The notes under the pieces are model-generated. The model saw only the letters and a list, made by a program, of their open reading frames with translations, made no database searches and was not told the DNA's origin. Both the position numbers and the translations under genes were made by a program. Below are positions 46,474 through 57,300 of a stretch of 64,000 bases of DNA, piece by piece. The stretch is from Candidatus Eiseniibacteriota bacterium (GTDB taxonomy: Bacteria > Eisenbacteria > RBG-16-71-46 > JABDJR01), in assembly GCA_963783375.1 (NCBI GenBank), contig CAWANH010000028.1, positions 1,568,001-1,632,000 on the forward strand, read 5' to 3'. Each line of letters opens with the position of its first letter. Position 1 is the first letter of the stretch.

Positions 46474-48943
46474 GGAACCGAAGAAGGCGTCGAAGGCCCG
46501 GCCCGCGCCGCGCCGGACCGAGGATCCCGAAACCCGCCCCCTGGAGCGCCACGCCTTCTGGTGGGCGCTGGGGGGGATGGCGCTTCTCCTGGTCATCTTC
46601 TTCCACCAGATCTTTCTCGGCGGGAAGACCTTTCAGCCTCCCGATACCCTGGCCAGCATGGCCTTCCAGCCCTTCGTGAAGGAGGCCTTCCACGGCCCGG
46701 GATCCCTTCTGGCCCGCTATCCGCTCTGGTCGCCCTACATCTTCTCCGGCATGCCGTCCTACGGGAGCATGATCACCGCGCCCTACGTGAACGTACTGAG
46801 CCTGATCTTCTTCCTGGTCTCCGGATCGTTGAAGATCATCATCTACTACCTCCTGACCGGCGTATTCACCTGGCTCCTGCTTCGTCGCAAGGGGGCCGGG
46901 ACCCTCCCCGCCCTCCTGGGGGCGGTGGGGTTCGTGTTCTGCACCCACGTCATCACCTGGATCATGTTCGGGCACAACACCAAGGTGGGAACGACGGTGT
47001 TCCTCCCCCTGGTGCTTCTGGCCACCGACGCCCTCTGGGAGAGGCCGAGCCTGCGTTGGACCTCGGTCCTGGCCCTGGCGGTGGGGATGATGATGCTCTC
47101 CTTCCACCTCCAGATCGCCTACTACACCTTCCTGGCCGCGGGGCTCTACATGGTCACGGTCACGGTGATGGGAATCCGGAGGAAGCTGGGAGTGGGTCCG
47201 GTCGCCGGGCGCTGGGCCCTGTGGGGCGCGGCGGTGGCGGTGGGGCTGGTGGCCAGCTCGGTGCTCTTCCTCTCGGTTCACGAATACGCCGCCCACTCCA
47301 TCCGGGGCGGCTCGGCCGGAGGGTTGAGCTACGGCTACGCCACCAACTGGAGCCTCCACCCCCTGGAGATCATCACCTTCCTCGTGCCCTCGTTCCTGGG
47401 CTACGGCGGGGCCACCTACTGGGGATGGATGCCCTTCACCGACTTCCCCCACTACATGGGGATCCTTCCCCTCTTCCTGGCCGTGTTGACCCTGACCCTC
47501 TGGCCCCGGGAACGGCTCCACGTGTTCTTCCTGCTCCTCGCCGGGTTCTCTCTCCTGGTGGCGTTCGGGAAGCACCTGCCGGCGGTGTACAACCTCCTCT
47601 TCGACTATCTCCCGTACTTCAACAAGTTCCGTGTGCCGAGCATGATCCTGGTGCTGGTGCAGTTCGCGGTGGCGGTCCTGGCCGCGCTGGGGTTGGAGCG
47701 GCTGGCCCGAACCGCGCCCCCCGAGGAAACCGCGCGGCGGCTCAAGCGGTTCTGGATGGTGGGGGGGATCCTCGTGGGGCTGGTGGTCCTGATCGGCTTC
47801 TACACCGCGAGCAGCCTGGAGGGAACCGCGGCGCGGCGGATCGCCGAGCGCGCCCCGGGCATGGGGGTTCCCGCCGGCCAGGCCGCGGCCTTCGGAGCCC
47901 GGGAGGCCGGGCAGGTGGTGGGGATGGCCGGTCGCGACGTGTTCCTGGCCCTCCTCTTCCTGGCCGCGGGACTGGGGCTGGTTTGGGCGAGGCTCAAGCG
48001 CCGGATCCCCGCGGCCGCGCTCACCGCCGGCATCCTGATCCTCACCGTGATCGATCTCTGGAGGGTGGACGTGAAACCCGCCACCTACCATGCGCGGAAC
48101 CAGGCCCCTTCGGCCTTCGCGGCCACCGGCGCGGTGGAGTATCTGAAGCAGGACCCCGAGCCCTTCCGGATCCTCCCCCTGAGCGGAGGCGGCCAGGCCA
48201 ACAACAGCTTCGCCTACTTCCTGATCCCCAGCATCCTGGGCTACCACCCGGCCAAGCTCCAGATCTACCAGGATCTGATCGACGACGAGGGGCCGGTGGG
48301 GATGTACAAGACGCTCCGGCAGGGGAATCTGAACATCCTCGACATGCTGAACACCAAGTACGTGGTGAGCGATCGGGAGATTCCGCTCGCGCCCCTGGAG
48401 ACGGTGTACCGCGGGGACCAGTTCGTGATGCGGAACCCCGAGGCGCTCCCCCGCATGTGGTTCGTGGACCGGGCCCGGGTGATCGCCGACCCGAAGGAGC
48501 ATCTCCAGGCCCTGGCCAACCCCGCCTGGAAGCCGGCCGAGGAGGCGCTGGTGTTCGACGATCCCGGGCCCCTCGACCCGGGCACCGGCGGCACCGCCAC
48601 CGTCACCGAGTATCGCGACCGGGAGATCCACGCCGAGGTGGACTCCCCCGGAAACTCGCTCCTGGTGATGAGCGAGATCTACTACGAGCCCGGGTGGAAC
48701 GCGAGCCTGGACGGGAGGCCGGTGGACATCCGGCGCGCGGACTACGTGCTGCGCGCGATCAAGGTGCCCCCTGGACGCCACCAGCTGGTCATGCGGTTCG
48801 ATCCCCCGTCCTTCAAGCAGGGGGTGCTTCTGAGCGTCGGCGCCTTCGCCCTCATCCTGCTCGCCCTGGCCGCCTCCCTGGTCTTCGAGCGGGGGAGGAA
48901 GCGGGACGAGCCCGCGGCCCCGCCCGCCGCCGGCGAGGCGTAG
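46463..48943 (+). CDS. YfhO family GT-C membrane protein
   Basis: PLWSPYIFSGMP, GHNTK, HLQIAYY, WS.HP.E, FNKFRVP, GYHPAKL, SEIYYEPGW.A.LDG; many TMs. Confidence 0.88.
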   Translation: MARKEPKKASKARPAPRRTEDPETRPLERHAFWWALGGMALLLVIFFHQIFLGGKTFQPPDTLASMAFQPFVKEAFHGPGSLLARYPLWSPYIFSGMPSYGSMITAPYVNVLSLIFFLVSGSLKIIIYYLLTGVFTWLLLRRKGAGTLPALLGAVGFVFCTHVITWIMFGHNTKVGTTVFLPLVLLATDALWERPSLRWTSVLALAVGMMMLSFHLQIAYYTFLAAGLYMVTVTVMGIRRKLGVGPVAGRWALWGAAVAVGLVASSVLFLSVHEYAAHSIRGGSAGGLSYGYATNWSLHPLEIITFLVPSFLGYGGATYWGWMPFTDFPHYMGILPLFLAVLTLTLWPRERLHVFFLLLAGFSLLVAFGKHLPAVYNLLFDYLPYFNKFRVPSMILVLVQFAVAVLAALGLERLARTAPPEETARRLKRFWMVGGILVGLVVLIGFYTASSLEGTAARRIAERAPGMGVPAGQAAAFGAREAGQVVGMAGRDVFLALLFLAAGLGLVWARLKRRIPAAALTAGILILTVIDLWRVDVKPATYHARNQAPSAFAATGAVEYLKQDPEPFRILPLSGGGQANNSFAYFLIPSILGYHPAKLQIYQDLIDDEGPVGMYKTLRQGNLNILDMLNTKYVVSDREIPLAPLETVYRGDQFVMRNPEALPRMWFVDRARVIADPKEHLQALANPAWKPAEEALVFDDPGPLDPGTGGTATVTEYRDREIHAEVDSPGNSLLVMSEIYYEPGWNASLDGRPVDIRRADYVLRAIKVPPGRHQLVMRFDPPSFKQGVLLSVGAFALILLALAASLVFERGRKRDEPAAPPAAGEA

Positions 48944-48947
48944 GCCC

Positions 48948-50852
48948 TTGTGCGGCATCGCGGGAGCGTTCCATTTCGGCCGGGAGACCGGGGTGGATGA
49001 CGGCGTGCTGCGCGCCATGGCCTCGGCGATCGCGCACCGGGGCCCGGACGACGAGGGGTTCTACCGGGAGAGTGACGGCCGCCTCGGGCTCGCCTTCCGG
49101 CGGCTCTCCATCATCGACCTCTCCGGGGGCCGCCAGCCCATGGAGAGCGAGGACGGGCGCCACCACCTGGTCTTCAACGGCGAGATCTACAACCACGCCG
49201 CCATCCGGGGGGAGCTGGAGGCGAAGGGCCGGCGTTTCCGCACCCGCTCCGACACCGAGGTCATCCTCCAGGCCTACGCCGAGTACGGCGCGGACTGCGT
49301 CACCCGCTTCCAGGGCATGTTCGCCTTCGCGATCTGGGACCGGGAGCGCCGGACGCTGTTCCTGGCCCGGGACCGGGTGGGGATCAAGCCGCTCTACTGG
49401 GCCTCGGTCGGCGGCGCGTTCGTGTTCGGGAGCGAGATCAAGGCGCTCTTCGCCCATCCCGATCTCTCCCCCCGGCTCGACCGGGACGAGCTCGCCCGCT
49501 ACTTCACCTTTCTCTGCGTCCCCCCCCCGAACACCCTCTTCGAGGGGGTGCGAAAGCTCCGCGCCGGCCACACCCTGACCGTGGAAGCGGGGCGGGGGCC
49601 GGGGGAGCCGGTGCGGTACTGGATGCCGGTCACCGGGCCGGTCTCCGCCGCTTCCGAGGAGGAACTGGCCGAGGAGGTGCGCGCGACGCTGACCGACGCG
49701 GTTCGCGCCCGGCTCATGTCCGACGTCCCCTTCGGGGCGTTCCTGAGCGGCGGGGTGGACTCGAGCGCCATCGTGGCGATCATGGCCGCCGCCCTGGACC
49801 GGCCGGTGGAGACCTTCAGCGTCGGCTACAAGGACGACCCCGGTTTCAACGAGTTCGAGAACGCGCGCCGCACCGCCCGGCTCTTCTCCACCAACCACCA
49901 CGAGGTGATGATCGACCACGAGGACTTCCGCCGGTTCCTCCCCCGGCTGGTCCACCACCAGGACGAGCCGATCGCCGACCCGGTGTGCGTCCCCCTCTAT
50001 TACGTGGCCGATCTGGCCCGGCGAAACGGGGTCATCGTGACCCTGGTGGGGGAGGGTTCGGACGAGCTCTTCTTCGGCTACACCTGGCTCGAGCGGGTGC
50101 GACGGATGGTGGATCGGTGGTGGGGACCCCTGGGGGCGGGACCCGCCGTCCTGAAGTCGGCGGCCACGCGCCTGGTCGAGCCCTTCGTGGATCTTCCGCG
50201 TCGTGATTTCCTCCGCCGGTTCCGCGAGGGGGGAGAGCCGTTCCTCGGCGGGGCGGTGACGTTCTATCCCGAGGAGCTGAAGCGCCTGGCTCCGTCCCTG
50301 GCCGGCGACCGACGCCGGGACGAGATCGTCCGCGCCATCTACTCGGAGATCGACGCGGTCCGCCCGGGGGCGGACTTCCCCAACCGCTCCGCCTACCTGG
50401 AGCTCATGTATCGCCTGCCCGAACTCCTCCTCATGCGGGTGGACAAGATGACCATGGCCGCCTCGGTCGAGGGGCGGGTGCCGTTCCTCGACCACCGCAT
50501 GGTGGAGCTGGCGTTCCGCATCCCCGGCTCCATGAAGGTGAAGGACGGGGTGACCAAGCACATCCTGAAGCGCGCGGTCTCCGGCCTCATCCCCAACGAG
50601 ATCATCCACCGCCCGAAGGTCGGCTTTCACGTTCCGGTGACCCGCTGGTTCGAGGACGTGCTGAACCCCATGGCCGACGAGGTGCTCCTGGATCCGCGCC
50701 TCGGCGCCCTGGGGATCTGGGATCCGGCCGAGGTGCGGCGGCTCCTCGAGCGGCAACGGGCGGGGAAGGGAAACTACGGGATGCGGGTGTGGGCCCTGGT
50801 CAACTTCGCCCTCTGGTACCGCCACTGGATGCTGGGCGAGGACCTGGGATGA
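48948..50852 (+). CDS. asnB: Asparagine synthetase-like glutamine amidotransferase, probably glycan amidation
   Basis: MCGIAG, HRGPD, RRLSIID, FNGEIYN, LSGGVDSS, GEGSDE, RVPFLD. Confidence 0.95.
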   Translation: MCGIAGAFHFGRETGVDDGVLRAMASAIAHRGPDDEGFYRESDGRLGLAFRRLSIIDLSGGRQPMESEDGRHHLVFNGEIYNHAAIRGELEAKGRRFRTRSDTEVILQAYAEYGADCVTRFQGMFAFAIWDRERRTLFLARDRVGIKPLYWASVGGAFVFGSEIKALFAHPDLSPRLDRDELARYFTFLCVPPPNTLFEGVRKLRAGHTLTVEAGRGPGEPVRYWMPVTGPVSAASEEELAEEVRATLTDAVRARLMSDVPFGAFLSGGVDSSAIVAIMAAALDRPVETFSVGYKDDPGFNEFENARRTARLFSTNHHEVMIDHEDFRRFLPRLVHHQDEPIADPVCVPLYYVADLARRNGVIVTLVGEGSDELFFGYTWLERVRRMVDRWWGPLGAGPAVLKSAATRLVEPFVDLPRRDFLRRFREGGEPFLGGAVTFYPEELKRLAPSLAGDRRRDEIVRAIYSEIDAVRPGADFPNRSAYLELMYRLPELLLMRVDKMTMAASVEGRVPFLDHRMVELAFRIPGSMKVKDGVTKHILKRAVSGLIPNEIIHRPKVGFHVPVTRWFEDVLNPMADEVLLDPRLGALGIWDPAEVRRLLERQRAGKGNYGMRVWALVNFALWYRHWMLGEDLG

Positions 50853-52549
50853 GGATCGGCCTGAACGCCCTTCCCGACGCGCTGGCCGGACGGCGCGGGC
50901 CCGCGCTCCTCATCACCCGGAACAACCTGGCCCTGGGCCGGCGCCTGGCCGAGGCGACCCCCGCGCTCGACTGGACCGTGCTCACCAAGGACGACTTCCG
51001 CGAAGGGGCCGGGGTCCGTAAGCTCCTCCGCGAGCTTCGCTCCCGATCCTGGTCGGTCCTGGCGGTGGAGGACCGGCTGGAGGAGATGGGTCGGCGGCGG
51101 GATCTCTACCGCCTGGTCCTCATCCTGGGACGCGGGGGCGCCCGCTGGCTCCTCTCCACCGGCGAGGACGGGACCGAGGCGGTTCACGTCCCGCGTCTTC
51201 GCTCGCTTCCCCGGCTCCTGGGCGAGCTGGCCGGCGAGGCCGCCACTGCGCTTCGGGCGGTGGCCGGGGCGTGGATCCTCACCCGCTCCATGGCCCGCGG
51301 TACCGGTCGCGGCGCGGCCCCCCGGACGGCGGGCGCCGGCGAGCCGGCCCGGATCGCCTTCATCAAGACCGATTTCTGGTTCGGGCTCCGGGCGGGGGGC
51401 TCCATCTCCCATGCCCTGGGGGTCCTGGGCGGGATGCGCTCCCTCGGCTTCACCTGCCGGCTCTGGGCGCCGGCGCTCCTCCCGCGGGTTCCCGAGGGGG
51501 TGGAGCAGGTGGAGGTTCCCCCGCGCGCGCGCCCGTACCTTCTCGAGGAAGCGGCCATCGCCGGGTACAACCGCACGTTTCTGGAGAGCGCCGTGGCCTC
51601 GGTGCGCGCGTTCCGCCCCGACCTGATCTATCACCGGCACGGCATCTTCAGCCTGGTGGGGCTCGCCCTGGCCCGCGCCCTCCGGGTCCCCCTGGTCCTG
51701 GAGGTGAACGCGAGCGAGGTGTGGGCGCGGCGGGCCTGGAGCCGGCTCTTCTTCGGCAGTCTGGCCGAGGCCATGGAGCGGGCGGCCTTCGCCGGGGCGG
51801 ACCGGCTCTCCCTGGTCTCCGAGGAACTCCTCCCGGTGATCGAGGCCATGGGGGGAAGTCCCGACCGGATGGTGGTGAACCCCAACGGGGTGGACGTGGG
51901 GCGGTTCCGCCCGGCGGAGCGGGGGGAGGCGGTTCGAGAGAGCCTGGGGATTCCCGCCGACGCGGTGGTGTGCGGGTTCCTGGGGACCTTCACCCGCTGG
52001 CACGGCGTCCAGTTCGTGGCCGAGCACGTTCCCGAGCTCGCGGCCCGCGACCCCCGGCTCTATTTCCTTTTCATCGGGGACGGCGACGTGCGGCCGGCGG
52101 TGGAGCGGAGGCTGGCCGAGAACGGGGGCGCGGAACGGGTGCGGATCACCGGGCTTCTGGATCCGGAGGAGGTGCCCGCCCGCCTGGCCGCCTGTGATAT
52201 TCTTCTCAGTCCTTATCTGCCCTTCGACGACGGCAGCCCCTCGTTCTTCTCGCCGGTGAAGCTCTTCGAGTACATGGCCGCGGGACGGCCGGTGGCGGCG
52301 AGCCGGCTCGGGCAGCAGGGCCGGGTGGTGGAGGAAGGGCTGACCGGAGTGCTCTTCCCGCCGGGGGACGGCCCCGCGTTCCGCGAGGCGGTGCTCGGGT
52401 TGGCCTCGGATCCCGGGCTCCGCGAGCGCATGGGCGCGGCGGCCCGGGCCCTGGCCGAGGAGCGCTACACCTGGGAGGCCAACGTCCGCCGGGCGGTGGT
52501 GGGGCTCCTGCCCCTCGCCGAGCCCCGGTCCGGTGAACCGGAACCATGA
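50849..52549 (+). CDS. Glycosyltransferase family 4 with an extra N-terminal domain
   Basis: AGGSISH, LEVNA, PNGVD, WHGV, SPVKLFEYMAAG. Confidence 0.9.
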   Translation: MRIGLNALPDALAGRRGPALLITRNNLALGRRLAEATPALDWTVLTKDDFREGAGVRKLLRELRSRSWSVLAVEDRLEEMGRRRDLYRLVLILGRGGARWLLSTGEDGTEAVHVPRLRSLPRLLGELAGEAATALRAVAGAWILTRSMARGTGRGAAPRTAGAGEPARIAFIKTDFWFGLRAGGSISHALGVLGGMRSLGFTCRLWAPALLPRVPEGVEQVEVPPRARPYLLEEAAIAGYNRTFLESAVASVRAFRPDLIYHRHGIFSLVGLALARALRVPLVLEVNASEVWARRAWSRLFFGSLAEAMERAAFAGADRLSLVSEELLPVIEAMGGSPDRMVVNPNGVDVGRFRPAERGEAVRESLGIPADAVVCGFLGTFTRWHGVQFVAEHVPELAARDPRLYFLFIGDGDVRPAVERRLAENGGAERVRITGLLDPEEVPARLAACDILLSPYLPFDDGSPSFFSPVKLFEYMAAGRPVAASRLGQQGRVVEEGLTGVLFPPGDGPAFREAVLGLASDPGLRERMGAAARALAEERYTWEANVRRAVVGLLPLAEPRSGEPEP

Positions 52550-53337
52550 CGGAATCCGCACTCAAAGACGCAGTCCGCGCCTACTGGAACGAGCACCCCT
52601 GCGGGACGCAGTTCACCGAGCTGGACTGGGGCACCCGGGAGTTCTACCGCTCGGTCGAGGAGGAGCGCTACCGGCGCCAGCCCTTCATGGAGGAGGCGGT
52701 GGGCTTCCGGCGCTACCGGGGAAAGCGACTCCTGGAGATCGGCTGCGGCCTGGGCACCGACCTGCTCCAATTCGCCCGGAACGGGGCGGTGGTGACCGGC
52801 ATGGACCTCACCGCCCAGAGCGTGGCCCTGGCCGCCGGCCGCTTCCGGACCGAGGAGGTTCCGGGGACCTTCCTGGTGGGGGACGCGGAGAACCTCCCCT
52901 TCCCCGACGCCTCCTTCGACGTGGTCTACTCCTTCGGGGTGCTCCACCACACCCCCGACACCGCCCGCGCCTTCGCCGGAATCCACCGGCTGCTCAAGCC
53001 CGGCGGGGAAGCGGTGGTCATGCTGTACCACTCCCGCTCCTCCCACTACTATATCGGCTACCCCCTCGCCCTCCTCTCTCGCCTGCGCCGCGGAGAGGGC
53101 TGGATCTCGAGATCGGAGTATTTCCGGGTCTACGACGGCGACGAGAATCCCCTGGGAAAGGCGTACTCCCGGAAGCAGGTGCGCGCCCTCTTCCGAGGCT
53201 TCGAGATCCTCGATCAGAAGAGCTACGAGACCTGGCGGCCCAAGCTGGGCCGGACCGCCAACCGGATCCTGGTGGGTCTGGGAAGCCGCCTCGGGTTCTA
53301 CCTCGTGACCCGGGCGCGGAAGCCGGCCGGGCGGTGA
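52546..53337 (+). CDS. Class I SAM-dependent methyltransferase
   Basis: LEIGCGLGTD, GDAENLPF, SFGVLHH. Confidence 0.92.
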   Translation: MTESALKDAVRAYWNEHPCGTQFTELDWGTREFYRSVEEERYRRQPFMEEAVGFRRYRGKRLLEIGCGLGTDLLQFARNGAVVTGMDLTAQSVALAAGRFRTEEVPGTFLVGDAENLPFPDASFDVVYSFGVLHHTPDTARAFAGIHRLLKPGGEAVVMLYHSRSSHYYIGYPLALLSRLRRGEGWISRSEYFRVYDGDENPLGKAYSRKQVRALFRGFEILDQKSYETWRPKLGRTANRILVGLGSRLGFYLVTRARKPAGR

Positions 53338-53360
53338 GCCCGGGGTGAAGGAGGGGATGC

Positions 53361-54305
53361 GTGCCCGCAGGTGACGTCGCGGTCGTTCTGGGGGGGGCGG
53401 GCTTTCTGGGGTCCCACCTGGTCGAGGCGCTCCTGGCCGCGGGCCGCCCGGTGCGGGTGTTCGACCGGAAACAAGCCGACCTCCGGAACCTCGCTCACCT
53501 GGGTTCCGGCTGGACGTTCACCGGCGGGGACTTCGGGAACGAGGCCGACCAGCGGGCCGCGCTCGATGGGGCGGGCACCGTATTTCACCTCATCTCCACC
53601 ACCCTTCCCGCAACGTCGGCCTTGAACCCGGTCTACGACGTGGAGACCAACCTCGTCTCCACCCTCCGCCTCCTGGATCTCGCGGTGGAGACCGGGGTCG
53701 GGCGGGTGGTGTTCGTCTCCAGCGGCGGTACGGTGTACGGACTCCCCCGCGAGCTTCCGGTCTCCGAGGACCATCCCACCGACCCCCTGGTGGCCTACGG
53801 GGTGGTGAAGCTGGCCATCGAGAAGTACCTGTGGCTCTACCGCCGCCACCGCGGCCTCGACTACCGGATCCTCCGCCTCTCCAATCCCTACGGCCCCCGG
53901 CAGGACCCCGCCGGCATGCAGGGGGCGGCCTCGGTGTTCCTGGGCCGGCTCCACGCCGGGGTTCCCATCGAGATCTGGGGGGACGGAACGGTGGTGCGGG
54001 ACTACCTCTACGTGAAGGACGCGGTGGCGGGAATCCTGGCCGCCGAGGGGACCGGAGCCGGGGGGGGGATCTACAACATCGGATCGGGCCGGGGGGTGAG
54101 CCTGAACGAGCTGGTGACGGCGATCACCGAGGCCACGGGGCGCGAGATCGAGGTCCGCCATCTTCCCGCCCGCCCCTTCGACGTGCCGGCGAACGTGCTC
54201 TCGATCGGGAAGGCCCGCCGGGAGCTGGGCTGGGAGCCCCGGATCGGGCTTCGCGAAGGCCTCGGGCTCACCTGGGCCTGGCTCACCGGGAGCGCGTCCT
54301 CGTGA
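53361..54305 (+). CDS. NAD-dependent epimerase/dehydratase
   Basis: GGAGFLG, SSGGTVYG, YGVVK, NPYG, RDYLYV. Confidence 0.92.
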   Translation: MPAGDVAVVLGGAGFLGSHLVEALLAAGRPVRVFDRKQADLRNLAHLGSGWTFTGGDFGNEADQRAALDGAGTVFHLISTTLPATSALNPVYDVETNLVSTLRLLDLAVETGVGRVVFVSSGGTVYGLPRELPVSEDHPTDPLVAYGVVKLAIEKYLWLYRRHRGLDYRILRLSNPYGPRQDPAGMQGAASVFLGRLHAGVPIEIWGDGTVVRDYLYVKDAVAGILAAEGTGAGGGIYNIGSGRGVSLNELVTAITEATGREIEVRHLPARPFDVPANVLSIGKARRELGWEPRIGLREGLGLTWAWLTGSASS

Positions 54306-54360
54306 CCCGGGCCGCGGCGGGCGCGTCCGGACGAGCCCGGCCGCCGGGGGGACCACCGGC

Positions 54361-55113
54361 GTGACCCCCCCCGTCGGGAAGGACGGCCGGCCGCTGGCCC
54401 TCTCCCTCTTCTTCCCCGCCTACTACGACGAGGCCAACATCTCGAAGGTGGTGGAGGCCGCGCTCCGGGCGGTGGGGGAGCTGGGGATCGCCGACCACGA
54501 GATCATCATCGTGGAGGACGGGAGCCCGGACCGGACGGGCGAGGTGGCGGACGGGCTGGCCGCCCGGTATCCCCGGGTGCGGGTGATCCATCACCCCCGG
54601 AACCTGGGATACGGGATGGCGCTTCGCACCGGCTTCCGGGAGGCGGCCAAGGACTACGTCTTCTACACCGACGGGGACAACCAGTTCGACCTCGACGAGC
54701 TCAAGAAGCTGGTGGCCCTGGCCCCCTACTCCGACATCGTCTCGGGGTTCCGGGTAGACAAGCAATACTCCACCTATCGCAAGTTCACCTCCTTCGTGTA
54801 CAACCTCATCCTGAGGATCCTGTTCGACATCACCGACCGGGACGTGGACTGCGCGTTCAAGCTCTATCCCACCGCGCTCTTCCGGCGGGTGGAGCTCACC
54901 TCCCGGGACGCGTTCATCGACGCCGAGATCGCGATCAAGGCCCGGGCCCTGGGGTACGCGTCCACCGAGGTGGGGGTCCGCCATCTCCCGCGCACCGACG
55001 GGATCTCCACCGGGGCCCGGCCGAGCGTGATCTTCCGGACGCTGCTCGAGATCTATCGGTACTACCGGAAGTACCGGGTGGACGGATACGACCCGGAGGT
55101 CAGGACGACATGA
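54361..55113 (+). CDS. GT2 glycosyltransferase (Dol-P-sugar synthase-like)
   Basis: FFPAY, EDGSPD, NLGYG, YTDGDNQF, DVDCAFKL. Confidence 0.9.
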   Translation: MTPPVGKDGRPLALSLFFPAYYDEANISKVVEAALRAVGELGIADHEIIIVEDGSPDRTGEVADGLAARYPRVRVIHHPRNLGYGMALRTGFREAAKDYVFYTDGDNQFDLDELKKLVALAPYSDIVSGFRVDKQYSTYRKFTSFVYNLILRILFDITDRDVDCAFKLYPTALFRRVELTSRDAFIDAEIAIKARALGYASTEVGVRHLPRTDGISTGARPSVIFRTLLEIYRYYRKYRVDGYDPEVRTT

Positions 55114-57299
55114 AACAGGTGGTCACCAACAAGGCGGGGGCCCTCGAGGTCATCGAGGTCCCGGCTCCCGGGACGCGTCCGGGGTTCGTCACCGTGCGGA
55201 CCGCGTGGTCCCTGGTCTCGGCCGGGACCGAGGGGGCCCAGGTGCAGGAGGGGAAGGCGGGGATCCTGACCAAGGTGCGCGAGCACCCGGAGCAGGTCCG
55301 CCAGGTCCTCACCAAGCTCAAGAAGGAAGGCATCCGTTCGGTGGCCGCCCAGGTGAAGGACAAGCTGGACCAGTGGCGGCCCCTGGGCTACAGCCTGGCC
55401 GGAACCGTGGCGGAGGTGGGGGAGGGGGTGGCCGACCTCGCTCCCGGGGACCGGGTGGCCTGCGCGGGGGCGGGTTACGCGGTACACGCCGAGTTCGTCT
55501 CCGTTCCCCGGAACCTGGTGGCCCGGGTGCCCGAGGGGGTGGATCTCCGCCACGCCGCCTTCGTGACCCTGGGGGCCATCGCGCTCCACGGGGTGCGCCG
55601 CGGCGCGCCGGCCCTGGGGGAGAACGCCCTGGTGGTGGGTCTCGGCCTGGTGGGCCAGCTGGCCGCGCAGTTCCTCCGCGCCTCCGGCGCGCGGGTGGCG
55701 GTGAGCGATCTGGATCGCGGGCGGATGGATCTGGCGGCGCGGCTGGGGGCGGACCTGGTCCTCGACCCGGACCAGGACGCCGGGGCGTCGATCGCGGCCT
55801 GGACGGGAGGGGCGGGGCTCGACCTGGCCCTGGTGTGCGCGGCGACCCGCTCCAGCGATCCGGTGCGCGCCGCCTCGAGGCTCCTTCGCGACCGCGCCCG
55901 GCTGGTGGTGGTGGGGGACGTGGGGATGGAGCTGGAGCGCGGCCCGTTCTACGCGAAGGAGCTGGACTTCACCCTGAGCCGCTCCTACGGCCCCGGCCGC
56001 TACGACCCGCTCTACGAGGAGGGCGGGGTGGACTACCCGGTGGGCTACGTGCGCTGGACCGAGGGGCGCAACCTCGGGGCGGTGCTGGCGCTCATCCAGA
56101 GCGGCGACCTCCGGGTGGAGGAGCTGGTGACCGACGAGGTCGCGGTGGCCGAGGCCCCCGCCGCCTACGAACGCATTCTTTCCGGGGCGGGCGCCCTCGG
56201 CACCCTCCTCCGTTACGACCATGCCGCCGAGGCCCCGGCGCGGACCCTCGATCTTCCCCCCGCCCCGGCGGCGGCGGGAACGGTGGGGGTGCTCCTGGTG
56301 GGCGCGGGGAGCTTCGCCCGCGCCTTCCATCTCCCGAACCTCGCCGCCGAGCCGCGCTTCCGCCTGGCCGGGGTGGTCTCGGGCTCGGGGGCCAACGCCC
56401 GCCACGCGGCGGAGAAGCACGGGGCGGCGTTCGCCGGCACCGATCTCACCGAGGCGCTGGCCCGCCCCGAGGTGACCGCGGTCCTCATCTCCACCCGCCA
56501 CCACCTCCACGTCCCCCAGGCCGCGGCGGCCATCGCCGCCGGGAAGCACGTCCTGGTGGAGAAGCCCCTGGCCCTGGACGCCGAGGGGCTTCGGACCCTC
56601 GCCTCGGCGCTGCGCGCGCACCCGGTGCGGGTCGCGGTGGGGTTCAACCGCCGCTTCGCTCCCCTGACCCGGGCCCTCATGGGGCTCCTTGCCGGCCGGC
56701 AGGGGCCGCTCCACGGGGTTTACCGGATGAACGCGGGCCGAATCCCTCTCACCCACTGGGCCAACGATCCGGTGGAGGGGGGCGGTCGGATCCTCGGCGA
56801 GGGGTGCCACATCTTCGATCTCATGAACGCGCTCACCGGGAGCGAGCCGGTCTCGGTGGCCGCGCAGAAGCTCCGCTCGCCCGATCCGGAGGTGGTCGAC
56901 GACGACAACCTCACCGCCACCGTGAGCTACGCCGACGGATCGCTCATGACCCTCATCTACTCCACCCAGGGACCCAAGGGCTACCCCAAGGAGCAGCTCG
57001 AGGTCTTCGCCCCCGGGCTGGCCGCGACCCTCACCGACTACCGGCGGCTGGAGTGGACGGGCGCGCGTTCGGGGCGGAAGGCCCTGCGGGCCGAGGACAA
57101 GGGACAGGGGGCGGAGATGAAGGCCTGGGCCGGGTACCTGACCGGCGGCGACGCGGCGGCGCTGGGGGTGGCCGACTTCGACGCCGCCGCGCTTTCCACC
57201 TGGCTCACGCTTCGCGCCCTGGAGGCGGCCCGGACCGGCGCCGTGCTTCCGGTGGCCGCGACCCTGGCCGAGGCGTTGGGCGCGCCCGGTCCCTCGTAG
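55110..57299 (+). CDS. Bi-domain oxidoreductase (MDR-type plus Gfo/Idh/MocA)
   Basis: SAGTE, PLGYS, GLGLVG, SYGPGRYD, VEKP, GFNRRF, GEGCH. Confidence 0.92.
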   Translation: MKQVVTNKAGALEVIEVPAPGTRPGFVTVRTAWSLVSAGTEGAQVQEGKAGILTKVREHPEQVRQVLTKLKKEGIRSVAAQVKDKLDQWRPLGYSLAGTVAEVGEGVADLAPGDRVACAGAGYAVHAEFVSVPRNLVARVPEGVDLRHAAFVTLGAIALHGVRRGAPALGENALVVGLGLVGQLAAQFLRASGARVAVSDLDRGRMDLAARLGADLVLDPDQDAGASIAAWTGGAGLDLALVCAATRSSDPVRAASRLLRDRARLVVVGDVGMELERGPFYAKELDFTLSRSYGPGRYDPLYEEGGVDYPVGYVRWTEGRNLGAVLALIQSGDLRVEELVTDEVAVAEAPAAYERILSGAGALGTLLRYDHAAEAPARTLDLPPAPAAAGTVGVLLVGAGSFARAFHLPNLAAEPRFRLAGVVSGSGANARHAAEKHGAAFAGTDLTEALARPEVTAVLISTRHHLHVPQAAAAIAAGKHVLVEKPLALDAEGLRTLASALRAHPVRVAVGFNRRFAPLTRALMGLLAGRQGPLHGVYRMNAGRIPLTHWANDPVEGGGRILGEGCHIFDLMNALTGSEPVSVAAQKLRSPDPEVVDDDNLTATVSYADGSLMTLIYSTQGPKGYPKEQLEVFAPGLAATLTDYRRLEWTGARSGRKALRAEDKGQGAEMKAWAGYLTGGDAAALGVADFDAAALSTWLTLRALEAARTGAVLPVAATLAEALGAPGPS

Positions 57300-57300
57300 G